Both the position numbers and the translations under genes were made by a program. A DNA stretch of 64,000 bases from Intestinimonas butyriciproducens (lineage in GTDB: Bacteria > Bacillota > Clostridia > Oscillospirales > Butyricicoccaceae), in assembly GCF_016901775.1 (NCBI RefSeq), contig NZ_JACJKW010000004.1, positions 1-64,000 of the forward strand, read 5' to 3'. Numbering within the stretch: the stretch's first letter is position 1; each line of letters opens with the position of its first letter. The notes beneath the pieces were generated by a model. The model did no database searches, was not told the DNA's origin, and was given only the letters and a program-made list of their open reading frames with translations. This document shows, piece by piece, positions 48,123 to 57,121 of the stretch.

Positions 48123-48992
48123 TCAGTTTGGCAGTGCGGCCGCCGCACTGCCGGGGTGTTGGATGGTCTGGGCAGCGGCCCAGGCAGCCTTCTCCAAAGC
48201 CTGTGGGATGCTCTGCCCCATCATGCGGCTGGCCACGAAAAAGCCGGTGAAAGCATCCCCGGCTCCGGTGGTGTCCACTACCGGTACGGAAAAGGCCTTC
48301 TGGAACACCCATTCCCCCTGATGCAGGCACCAGGCCCCCCGGCTGCCCAGGGTGAGCACCAGGGTATCCCCCTGGAACCACTCTTCCAGCCCGCGACGCA
48401 AAACCTCTTCCTCCCGTGCTTCTCCCCCCAGCAGCTGACGCCCTTCCACCTGGTTGAGCACCAGGCAATGTACCTTTTCCAGACATAGCCCCAGCAGCTC
48501 CGGTTCCATGGGCGAAGGGTTGAAAACCACCTGCATTCCCCGTTTTCTCCCTTCTCTGAGCAGCAGGGGCAAACAGCTGATCTCGTTTTGCAGCACCAGC
48601 CAGTCCCCCGGGGCAAAATGCTCCAAGGTCTCCTGCACCTGGTCGGCTGTAATGCACCGGTTGGCTCCGCCATGGAGCAGGATGCAGTTTTCCCCGGCCC
48701 CGTCCCGCTGAATGACGGCGGTGCCGGTGTTCCCCGGCAGCTGCCGCACAAAGGAAATGTCCACACCAGCCCCCTGAAGGGTTTCCAGGAGAAACTCCCC
48801 GTCCTCTCCCACGCTTCCCGCCATATAAGCCTGGGCCCCGGCCCGGCTCAGGGCCACCGCCTGATTCAGCCCTTTGCCTCCGGCCAGCCGCTGCCGGGAC
48901 AGCGCGCTGAGTGTCTCCCCCGCTCCCACAAAATGGGGCACCTGATAGATATAATCAATGTTCAGCGATCCAAAGCACAGCGCCTTCGCCAT
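48123..48992 (-). CDS. PfkB-family carbohydrate kinase (ribokinase-like).
   Basis: N-terminal GSLNIDY and C-terminal DTTGAGDAF motifs. ATG at 48992 with AGGTGAG RBS. Confidence 0.8.
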   Translation of the reverse strand: MAKALCFGSLNIDYIYQVPHFVGAGETLSALSRQRLAGGKGLNQAVALSRAGAQAYMAGSVGEDGEFLLETLQGAGVDISFVRQLPGNTGTAVIQRDGAGENCILLHGGANRCITADQVQETLEHFAPGDWLVLQNEISCLPLLLREGRKRGMQVVFNPSPMEPELLGLCLEKVHCLVLNQVEGRQLLGGEAREEEVLRRGLEEWFQGDTLVLTLGSRGAWCLHQGEWVFQKAFSVPVVDTTGAGDAFTGFFVASRMMGQSIPQALEKAAWAAAQTIQHPGSAAAALPN

Positions 48993-49014
48993 TTTTCTCA
49001 CCTCTCGGAAGAGT

Positions 49015-49045
49015 ATAAAAAAAGACAGCCCATGGCTGTCTTTTT
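49015..49045. terminator. Bidirectional terminator (AAAAAAAGACAGCCcatgGGCTGTCTTTTTT), 3' of tRNA-Gly.
   Basis: Hairpin with flanking runs. Confidence 0.7.
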
Positions 49046-49119
49046 TGGAGCGGGTAAAGGGAATCGAACCCTCCTATTCAGCTTGGGAAGCTGACGTTCT
49101 ACCAATGAACTATACCCGC
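49046..49119 (-). tRNA. tRNA-Gly (anticodon CCC), with encoded CCA.
   Basis: Manual fold: acceptor GCGGGTA/TACCCGC, anticodon stem TCAGC/GCTGA, loop TTCCCAA, T-loop TTCGATT. Confidence 0.9.
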
Positions 49120-49184
49120 ATGGAGTAACTCTATTATAGCGTATCTTTGGAAAATTGCAACCGCTTTTTTTGAAAAATCCCGTC

Positions 49185-49203
49185 GAAACCATAAAAATCC
49201 CCC
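49185..49203. repeat. 19-bp direct repeat AAATCCCCCGGCGCTGCAA, left flank of repeat copy D.
   Basis: Second copy at 49406-49424, where it forms the 5' half of the gap terminator hairpin. Confidence 0.7.
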
Positions 49204-49275
49204 GGCGCTGCAAGATATAGCAAAGAGAAAACCGATCACAGAATAATACAGTATCAGGCGCCCTTTTGCCCTTTT

Positions 49276-49400
49276 TTCAATCTGCAAAAAGCGGCGACCT
49301 GTGCGTCGGTTTTTGCACCTCTCAAGAGACCGGTGTGCGCCAAGGGCGTGCGCCGTGCCTCTTGCAAAAACTGGAAAAAGCGGCTAAGCCGCTTTTTCGA
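49276..49400 (+). repeat. Terminator-associated intergenic repeat, copy D (short form). Its end hairpins carry covarying substitutions.
   Basis: The 3' hairpin GAAAAAGCGGC..GCCGCTTTTTC differs from GAAAAAGTGGC..GCCACTTTTTC of the other copies by a compensatory pair. Confidence 0.8.
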
Positions 49401-49405
49401 AAGGC

Positions 49406-49424
49406 AAATCCCCCGGCGCTGCAA
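49406..49424. repeat. Right copy of the 19-bp direct repeat flanking copy D.
   Basis: Identical to 49185-49203. Confidence 0.7.
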
Positions 49425-49451
49425 TGTGCGCCGGGGGATTGAAAATGGCTC

Positions 49452-50565
<1,114 letters not shown>

Positions 50566-50720
50566 GCACAAAGGAAGAACTTTCCCGCCGGAGGAAGTTT
50601 TTCTTGCAAACAGGCCAATCCCATACTAGAATGGGGATGGATGTTATGCAAAATGTACCAGTCTTTGCCTGAAAAGCAGGCAAAGATGCTCTCTATATCT
50701 GCCGGAAAGGAGGACCTGCC

Positions 50721-51860
50721 TTGGAAAATACCGCTCTGGGGGACATGACCTGGTTCCCCGCCGCCGATGACTATCTGATGATCTGCAGCCCGTCGGGCCG
50801 CATCCTCTTTGTCACAAGCAGCCTGCGTTTTCAGCTGGAAGAGGACCTGGTAGGCCGCTCTCTCAACGACATTTTCCCCGATTCCCTGGCCGCTCAGATC
50901 GTCACCCTGGCCCATGAGGGCCAGAGCCATTCCTTTCACACAAAGCTCCAGGGCAAAGCCGTCCGGTGCAGTATGACCCCCAAAGAGGGGAATATGCTCA
51001 TCACCGTCTTTTTCGCCCAGGAAAACCATCCCCCGGCCATGGCCCTCAGCGCCGCCGAGCTGCTCAGCCGGGAAATCAGCAGCAGCCTGGGCACCATGTT
51101 TGCCGCCTGGGATGCCCTGCCCCCCGCCCAGGACCAAAAAAGCCAATACGCCAAAAGCGTGCTGCGCCAAGGGATGTACCGGCTGATGCGCATGGGCCGC
51201 AATCTGCTGGACTGCGCCCGGGCCGAAAGCGGCCAGCTGGAGCTGAATGTGCGCCAGAGTGATCTGTGCCAGCTTGTGCGGCAGCTGTGCCAGCGGGTAG
51301 AGCCCATGGCCGAAGAAGTGGGCATTCCCTTTTCCTGGGACTGCCCGGAGGAACCCCTGTTCTGCCCCTTCGACCGGGAGCGGGTGGAGCGGGTGATCCT
51401 GGGTCTGATTTCCAATTCCATGAAATACACCCGGCAGAAAAACCAGATGCGGCTGGTGCTCACCAAACGGGAGGACAACGCCGTGATCATCCTGGCCGAC
51501 CGGGGCCGGGGCATTCCCGCTTCGGTGCTGCCCCATCTTTTCAGCCGTCCCCCCGAATCCTCCCTGTCCCGGGGACTGATGGTGGGAGGGGCCGGCTACA
51601 GCCTGATGCTGGCCCGGGCGGTGATGCTGCTCCACGGCGGCACCTGCGTCATTTCCAGCGTTCCCGATGAGGGCACCACCGTCACCCTGTCCCTGCCCCT
51701 GCACCCTTCCACCCCCTATCTGTCCCTGGGCGCTCCGCCCCCGGACTATGCCAGCGGCTTCGACCATGTGCTGCTGGAACTCTCCACCGCCTTGCCCGCT
51801 TCTTTCTATAAAGAGGAGCCCAAAAAATCAAAGTCCTATCCTGCTTCCCCGGAGCAATAA
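50721..51860 (+). CDS. Orphan cytoplasmic histidine-kinase-like protein (PAS-like N-terminus, DHp-like region, intact HATPase_c). The H-box His appears to be replaced by Arg.
   Basis: TTG start with AAGGAGG RBS. N box NSMKYT, G1 box DRGRGIP, G2 box GGAGYSLMLA. The DHp region reads LSREISSSLGTM where SHELRTPL is expected. Confidence 0.7.
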   Translation: MENTALGDMTWFPAADDYLMICSPSGRILFVTSSLRFQLEEDLVGRSLNDIFPDSLAAQIVTLAHEGQSHSFHTKLQGKAVRCSMTPKEGNMLITVFFAQENHPPAMALSAAELLSREISSSLGTMFAAWDALPPAQDQKSQYAKSVLRQGMYRLMRMGRNLLDCARAESGQLELNVRQSDLCQLVRQLCQRVEPMAEEVGIPFSWDCPEEPLFCPFDRERVERVILGLISNSMKYTRQKNQMRLVLTKREDNAVIILADRGRGIPASVLPHLFSRPPESSLSRGLMVGGAGYSLMLARAVMLLHGGTCVISSVPDEGTTVTLSLPLHPSTPYLSLGAPPPDYASGFDHVLLELSTALPASFYKEEPKKSKSYPASPEQ

Positions 51861-51887
51861 AAAAAGAGCCTTTCGGCTCTTTTTTTA
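51859..51887. terminator. Terminator AAAAAAAGAGCCtttcGGCTCTTTTTTT (left copy of a duplicated 34-bp segment).
   Basis: The same sequence recurs at 52066-52102 on the other side of repeat copy E. Confidence 0.75.
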
Positions 51888-51890
51888 ACA

Positions 51891-52025
51891 TGTCGAAAAA
51901 GTGGCCTGGGCCACTTTTTCGAGTTTTGCAAGAAGCTGCATGCACGCCTGTGGCGCACACTGGCTTCTTGATCGGTGCAAAAAGCCACGCACAGGTCGCG
52001 GCTTTTTGCAGATTGATGAAAGATA
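51891..52025 (-). repeat. Terminator-associated intergenic repeat, copy E (short form, inverted).
   Basis: Reverse complement matches copies C and D end to end. Confidence 0.8.
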
Positions 52026-52072
52026 AAACAAAAGAATTTCTCACATGATATGTTTTTTCATCGTCTACGCAA

Positions 52073-52101
52073 TAAAAAAGAGCCTTTCGGCTCTTTTTTT
52101 A
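52073..52101. terminator. Second copy of terminator AAAAAAGAGCCtttcGGCTCTTTTTTT (tatD side).
   Basis: Direct duplicate of 51859-51887. Confidence 0.75.
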
Positions 52102-52106
52102 TTGCG

Positions 52107-52874
52107 TTATGGGATATTGAAAAATCGCTTGCCGTTTTCCAGGGTGATCCGGGCCGCTTCCTCCGTGGAGATGCCCTTGATGTTGCCGATGCACTCGGCC
52201 ACCTTCCACACCTTGGAGGAATCGTTCCGCTCCCGGCGGAAGGGCTCCGGGGTGAGGTAGGGGGAGTCGGTTTCGATCATCACCCGGTCCAGGGGCAGCC
52301 ACTGGAGCACTTCCAGAGCCCGGCGGGCGTTTTTATAGGTGATGACTCCAGTGAAGGAGAGCATCCAGCCCATCTTCACCAAAGTTTTGGCATCCTCCAG
52401 ACTGCCGGAATAGCAGTGGAACACACCTCGCACCCCCGGGTGCTCCCGCACCATCTCCATGCTGTCTCCATGGGCTTCCCGGTCGTGCACCACCACCGGA
52501 AGCCCCAGCTTTTCCGCCAGCTCCATCTGGAGGGCAAAGACTTTCTTCTGGTGCTCTTTGGGGGGATTGTCCTCCCAGTGATAGTCCAGGCCGATCTCTC
52601 CGATGGCCTTGACTTTTTCGTCCCGGGCCAGCTTTTCCAGCTCGTCCATCTGGCTCTCTTCAAAATCCCCGCAGTCCGAAGGGTGAATGCCCACGGCGGC
52701 ATAGACAAAGGGGAAGGTATGGGCCAGTTCCACCGCCTTGCGGGAGGAGGGCAGGTCACAGCCCGGGTTGACGATCAGATCCACGCCCTGCTGGGGCAAA
52801 CCGGCCAGCACCTCCAGCCGGTCTTTGTTGAAGGCTCCCGAGTCGTAGTGGGCGTGGGTATCAAAGACCCCCAT
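52107..52874 (-). CDS. tatD: TatD-family metal-dependent hydrolase (DNase).
   Basis: N-terminal HAHxD and typical TatD motifs. Its start overlaps the metG stop. Confidence 0.85.
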   Translation of the reverse strand: MGVFDTHAHYDSGAFNKDRLEVLAGLPQQGVDLIVNPGCDLPSSRKAVELAHTFPFVYAAVGIHPSDCGDFEESQMDELEKLARDEKVKAIGEIGLDYHWEDNPPKEHQKKVFALQMELAEKLGLPVVVHDREAHGDSMEMVREHPGVRGVFHCYSGSLEDAKTLVKMGWMLSFTGVITYKNARRALEVLQWLPLDRVMIETDSPYLTPEPFRRERNDSSKVWKVAECIGNIKGISTEEAARITLENGKRFFNIP

Positions 52875-54823
52875 CAGGACAAATGGGACCCGGGCACGGC
52901 GCCGTCGGCCAGCACCACCCGCACATCGTTTTCCCCGCAGGTGGCCGACAGGATCATGCCGCAGCTGTCCAGCCCCATCATCTTCCGGGGAGCCAGGTTG
53001 CTCACCACCACCACATTGTGGCCGATCAGGTCCTCCGGCTCATACCACTGGGCGATGCCCGAAAGCACCTGACGCTTTTCATAGCCCAGATCCAGCTCAA
53101 AGCGCAGCAGTTTCTTGCTCTTCTTCACCTTTTCACAGTGGAGCACCTTGGCCACCGTCAGTTCCACCTTGGCAAAATCGTCATAGACGATGGTGTCCTT
53201 GGGTTCGTGAGGGGGCAGGGGCTCCTTCTTTTCCTCCTGGGGGGCATGGGCGGCCTGGAAGGCAGCCACTTCCTCCAGCTTCTTTTCGGCATCCATCCGG
53301 GCGAAGAGGATCTCGGCCTGGCCCACCTGATGGCCTTCCGGCAGCGCGCCGAAGGAGCTGAGACTGTCAAAGTCGGTTTTATCGGTGTTCAGCTGAGCGT
53401 AGATCTTCTGAGCGGCGTCGGGAAGGAAGGCCTCCAGCAGCACGGCGCCGAAGCGGATGCTTTCCAGCAGGTTATAGAGCACGGTGTCCAGTCTTGCCTT
53501 TTTGCTCTCGTCCTTGCCCAGGACCCAGGGCATGGTCTCGTCGATATACTTGTTGGCCCGGCGGAAGATGGCAAAGACCTCGTCCATGGCGTCGCCCACC
53601 TTCAGCTGGTCCATGGCCCGCCGCACCTTTTCGGGGGCCTCCAGGCACACCTGCTTCAGTTCCTCGTCCACCGGCTCGCACACATCATGGCTGCCCATGA
53701 CGCCGTTCTGGTACCGGTGGCACATGGTCACCGTCCGGTTGACCAGGTTGCCCAGGATGTTGGCCAGGTCGCTGTTGGTGCGCTCGATGAGCAGCTCATA
53801 GGTGATGGTGCCGTCGTTGGCAAAGGGCATCTCGTGGAGCAGGTAATAGCGCACAGCGTCCACACCGAACAGCTCTACCAGGTGATCGGCATAGATCACA
53901 TTGCCCTTGGATTTGCTCATTTTGCCCTCGCCCACCAGCAGCCAGGGATGGCCGAAGACCTGGCGGGGCAGCTCCTCGCCCAGGGCCATAAGGAAGATGG
54001 GCCAATAAATGGTGTGGAAACGGAGAATGTCCTTGCCGATGAGATGCACATCGGCAGGCCAGAACTTTTTGTATTCCTCTGTGCTCTCCCCTTCCGGCTC
54101 ATAGCCCAGGAAGGTGATATAGTTGGTCAGAGCATCCAGCCACACATAGACCACATGGCCCGGGTCAAACTCCACCGGGATGCCCCAGCTGAAGGAGGTG
54201 CGGGAAACGCACAGATCCTGAAGGCCGGGCTTGAGGAAATTGTTGACCATCTCATTTTTCCGGGATTCCGGCTGGATGAACTCCGGATGGTCTTCGATAT
54301 ATTGCATCAGCTTGTCGGCGTATTTGCTCATGCGGAAGAAATAGGCTTCCTCCTTGGCCTTCTGCACCGGGGCGCCGCAATCGGGGCATTTGCCGTCTTT
54401 CAGCTGGCTTTCGGTGAAGAAGGACTCGCAGGGGGTGCAATACCAGCCCTCGTAGCTTCCTTTATAGATATCGCCCTGGTCATACAGACGCTTGAAGATC
54501 TGCTGGACCTTCTTTTCGTGCATGGGATCGGTGGTGCGGATAAACCGGTCATAGGAGGTGTGGAGCACATCCCAGTTGCGGCGCACTTCGGCGGCCATCT
54601 CGTCCACGAAGGCCTGGGGGGTCATGCCGGCCTTTTCGGCCTTCTCCTGGATCTTCTGGCCGTGCTCGTCGGTGCCCGTCTGAAAGAGCACATCGTAGCC
54701 GTCCTTCCGCTTATAGCGGGCGATGGCGTCGGCCAGCACGATCTCATAGGTGTTGCCCACATGGGGTTTGCCCGAGGTGTAGGCGATGGCCGTGGTCAAA
54801 TAGTACTTTCCTTTGCTGTTCAT
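52874..54823 (-). CDS. metG: Methionine--tRNA ligase (with C-terminal tRNA-binding domain).
   Basis: HVGN (HIGH-class) and KMSKS motifs. Zn knuckle CPDCG. 649 aa. GGAGG RBS. Confidence 0.9.
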   Translation of the reverse strand: MNSKGKYYLTTAIAYTSGKPHVGNTYEIVLADAIARYKRKDGYDVLFQTGTDEHGQKIQEKAEKAGMTPQAFVDEMAAEVRRNWDVLHTSYDRFIRTTDPMHEKKVQQIFKRLYDQGDIYKGSYEGWYCTPCESFFTESQLKDGKCPDCGAPVQKAKEEAYFFRMSKYADKLMQYIEDHPEFIQPESRKNEMVNNFLKPGLQDLCVSRTSFSWGIPVEFDPGHVVYVWLDALTNYITFLGYEPEGESTEEYKKFWPADVHLIGKDILRFHTIYWPIFLMALGEELPRQVFGHPWLLVGEGKMSKSKGNVIYADHLVELFGVDAVRYYLLHEMPFANDGTITYELLIERTNSDLANILGNLVNRTVTMCHRYQNGVMGSHDVCEPVDEELKQVCLEAPEKVRRAMDQLKVGDAMDEVFAIFRRANKYIDETMPWVLGKDESKKARLDTVLYNLLESIRFGAVLLEAFLPDAAQKIYAQLNTDKTDFDSLSSFGALPEGHQVGQAEILFARMDAEKKLEEVAAFQAAHAPQEEKKEPLPPHEPKDTIVYDDFAKVELTVAKVLHCEKVKKSKKLLRFELDLGYEKRQVLSGIAQWYEPEDLIGHNVVVVSNLAPRKMMGLDSCGMILSATCGENDVRVVLADGAVPGSHLS

Positions 54824-54940
54824 TTTCTTTCCTCCATGGCGCCTTTGCTTCTTCCGGCGAATGAGCCGGCGCGCCGGATATAGTGTGGGTCAAAGGCCTA
54901 CGCAGCCTTTGCCTGCGCATTTTATCATACCATCCCCCAT

Positions 54941-54969
54941 AAAAAAACACAAGCGGCGTGACGCCGCTG
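54941..54969 (-). terminator. Intrinsic terminator inside the metG upstream region (AGCGGCGucacGCCGCU plus U-run), followed by a candidate promoter TTGTGT ... TATGAT.
   Basis: Read on the minus strand. Could be the end of the upstream gene or a leader attenuator. Confidence 0.5.
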
Positions 54970-54970
54970 T

Positions 54971-55024
54971 CATACTTTCTTTGCCTTGGTGAACACAACC
55001 GTCCCTGGCTCTATTGCACAGCGG
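54971..55024. repeat. 54-bp direct repeat, unit 1 (CATACTTTCTTTGCCTTGGTGAACACAACCGTCCCTGGCTCTATTGCACAGCGG).
   Basis: 48 of 54 positions identical to unit 2 at 55066-55119. Between them lies the palindrome GCGGGGgCGCCCCGC. Confidence 0.75.
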
Positions 55025-55065
55025 GGGAGCGCAGTACGGGTGCAGCGTCAGCGGGGCGCCCCCGC

Positions 55066-55119
55066 GGCCATACTTTCTTGGCCCTGGTGAACACAACTGT
55101 CCCTGGCTCTACCGCACAG
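55066..55119. repeat. 54-bp direct repeat, unit 2; overlaps the last codons of the upstream hypothetical gene.
   Basis: See unit 1. Confidence 0.75.
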
Positions 55120-55633
55120 CGGAAACGCCTTTTTGGCCGATGGCTTTTCCCAAGGCAAGCAGGCTTTCCAGAAGCTCCGGGTTACGGCTCTGATAAAAGT
55201 CCTCCCATTCCGTTTCCCACTGGCCCTCTGTGTTTTTCAGCTTCCACACCTTCACCTGTGGCCGCTCCGCCCCGATCAAGGACAGCGCCCAGGCGTCCTT
55301 TCCCTGGCGCATCACAAAGCGAGTAGGGAAATACATCTGTCCCACTTCGGTCATCCGATGGGGCCAGGTGCCCAAAGAAAGATACAGATCCAGCAGATCG
55401 TCATACCGAAGATCTTCTGCCAGCGCCCGGATGGTGCCCTGGGCCCCTTTCCCCGAAACCGGCACGGTGATTCCTCTGTCCACATAGACATACTGAGTTT
55501 CCTGGAAAGGGGAAAGCCCCAGCTTTTCCGTGGGGCCGCCTTCTGCCCAGGAAAACAGGCCTACCACTCCCAGAATTATCGCTGTCAGCAGTACAAGACG
55601 CACAAAAAACCGTTTTCCAATATAGCGGATCAT
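55109..55633 (-). CDS. Hypothetical membrane-anchored protein (174 aa).
   Basis: N-terminal TM segment. No family recognised. Confidence 0.55.
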   Translation of the reverse strand: MIRYIGKRFFVRLVLLTAIILGVVGLFSWAEGGPTEKLGLSPFQETQYVYVDRGITVPVSGKGAQGTIRALAEDLRYDDLLDLYLSLGTWPHRMTEVGQMYFPTRFVMRQGKDAWALSLIGAERPQVKVWKLKNTEGQWETEWEDFYQSRNPELLESLLALGKAIGQKGVSAVR

Positions 55634-55678
55634 TTGAAAACCCTCTTTTTCTCTGTTTCCGATCTTTGCTTCATCTTT

Positions 55679-56146
55679 TCAGGGAAGTTGGTCTTCTCCA
55701 TAACACTGCCGGTATTCCTCCGCAAAGTGTTTCCAGGCCTCCCACTGGGGATTTCCCGGCTGCTTTTGTTCCTCCGGCACGCCCCGCAAAAGTAGCAGCA
55801 ACAACTGAAGCCGGGAACTGTTGCTATAAGTATAGCCGGTTTCCTGCCCAATCAGGGCATACACCTGCTCATCAAAGGGACAGGCCCCTTCCGGAAGCCG
55901 GCTCATCTCCAGCGGCACCGCATCCCGCTCCTCTTCATAAAAAGGGGCGCTTTGCTCTCCCTGGGGAAGACGATAGGCCAAAAAGGCGCCCTCTTTCTTC
56001 CCACAGGCGAAAAAGCTGTTGTCTTCTTGGGTGCTGCGGAAAAATCCGTCCAGACTACCGTAATCCACCAGCTTCGCTCCCCAGGTTTCTTCCAACCAGC
56101 GGGCCAGTTCCTGCGGCGAATGTTCTCTGTTATTCACAGGCATCAT
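55679..56146 (-). CDS. Hypothetical protein (about 155 aa).
   Basis: ATG at 56146 or 56143 after AAGAAGGGG. The ORF track begins upstream at 56254. No family recognised. Confidence 0.5.
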   Translation of the reverse strand: MMPVNNREHSPQELARWLEETWGAKLVDYGSLDGFFRSTQEDNSFFACGKKEGAFLAYRLPQGEQSAPFYEEERDAVPLEMSRLPEGACPFDEQVYALIGQETGYTYSNSSRLQLLLLLLRGVPEEQKQPGNPQWEAWKHFAEEYRQCYGEDQLP

Positions 56147-56304
56147 CCCCTTCTTTGTTGCCTCTATTCTATCTGCTTTCTCTCTTTTTGCAAATATCAG
56201 GATATCCCCCAAGCAGAGATGGAAAACCATTCCTTTTCTTCCATCGACATCCATTTTTATCCGGTGCTATACTTATTATAATATAAAAAAGAGAGGTGTC
56301 CCTG

Positions 56305-56866
56305 ATGAAAAAACGCATCCTTTCCCTCCTTCTGATCCTGTGCCTTTCTCTGGGACTTCTGCCCGCCGGCGCTCTGGCCGCAGGCACCCAGACCGTCAAA
56401 ACGGCTGTGACGGTGGATTACGGCGCCGCCATAGAGGCGGTGGAATATCTCAACCACCACCGCCGACGGCAAGACTTCCGGCTCCTGCCGTGTCACCGTA
56501 TCCAACCCCTCCCAGGGCTCCCACAGCTTCACCGATGTGTCCCAAAGCGATTATTTCTACGACGCCGTCATGTGGTGTGCCGATGAAGGGCTCCTGGATG
56601 AGGCCGGCAATACGGTGGGGGTCTACACCCCTTGCACCCGTGCAGAAATGGTGTACCACCTGTGAAAACTGGCCGGTTCTCCCGAGCCCATCACCTCCAT
56701 CAACGCCTTCTCCCACCTGTCCTCCCTGTCCACTCAGGAGCGAAAAGCCATTCGCCGGGCCGTGGAGGAAAACATCGCCAACGGCACCAGCATCACCACC
56801 TTCTCTCCCAGCATGGTGCTCACCCGGGCCCAGGTATTCACCTTCCTCTACCGGTACTACAACTGA
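56305..56866 (+). pseudogene. Disrupted gene for a secreted SLH-like-domain protein: signal peptide, then a frameshift near 56440-56460, then an in-frame TGA at 56663.
   Basis: MKKRILSLLLILCLSLGLLPAGALA continues in another frame as ...SHSFTDVSQSDYFYDAVMWCADEGLLDEAGNTVGVYTPCTRAEMVYHL*KLAGSPEPITS...YRYYN*. Confidence 0.5.
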
Positions 56867-56880
56867 TCTTTCCCATCCCC

Positions 56881-56911
56881 GAAGCTGCGGCTTCGGGGAT
56901 TTTTTTGTCTG
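56881..56911 (+). terminator. Rho-independent terminator (CCCCGAAGCtgcgGCTTCGGGG plus TTTTTTT).
   Basis: Read directly. Confidence 0.75.
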
Positions 56912-56967
56912 GAAAAGGTGAAAACGGCAGCAAATTCTTAGAAAAGTCTGAACTTTTGACCAAAGGA

Positions 56968-56996
56968 TTGGCATCTTCCCTGTTTTCTGGTATAAT
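56968..56996 (+). promoter_or_regulatory. Promoter for the LCP gene (TTGGCA, 17-nt spacer, TATAAT).
   Basis: Motif match. About 125-nt 5' UTR. Confidence 0.55.
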
Positions 56997-57121
56997 AGCG
57001 GGGCTTACGAAAAAAACAGCGGCTTTCCGGCAACTTTTTGCCGGAGAAATCCGTCTAAAAAAAGACAGTCCGGAAGCAGGCTCCCATGAGCCGCTTGCCA
57101 AAGGAGGCTTTTTTCAGAAAA

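Noticed and set aside
54824-55130. T-box or S-box leader for metG.
   Set aside because: A terminator and a repeat-rich leader are present, but neither the T-box core (GGGUGGNACCGCG) nor the SAM-I conserved segments could be found by eye. Reported instead as an uncharacterised leader/repeat region.
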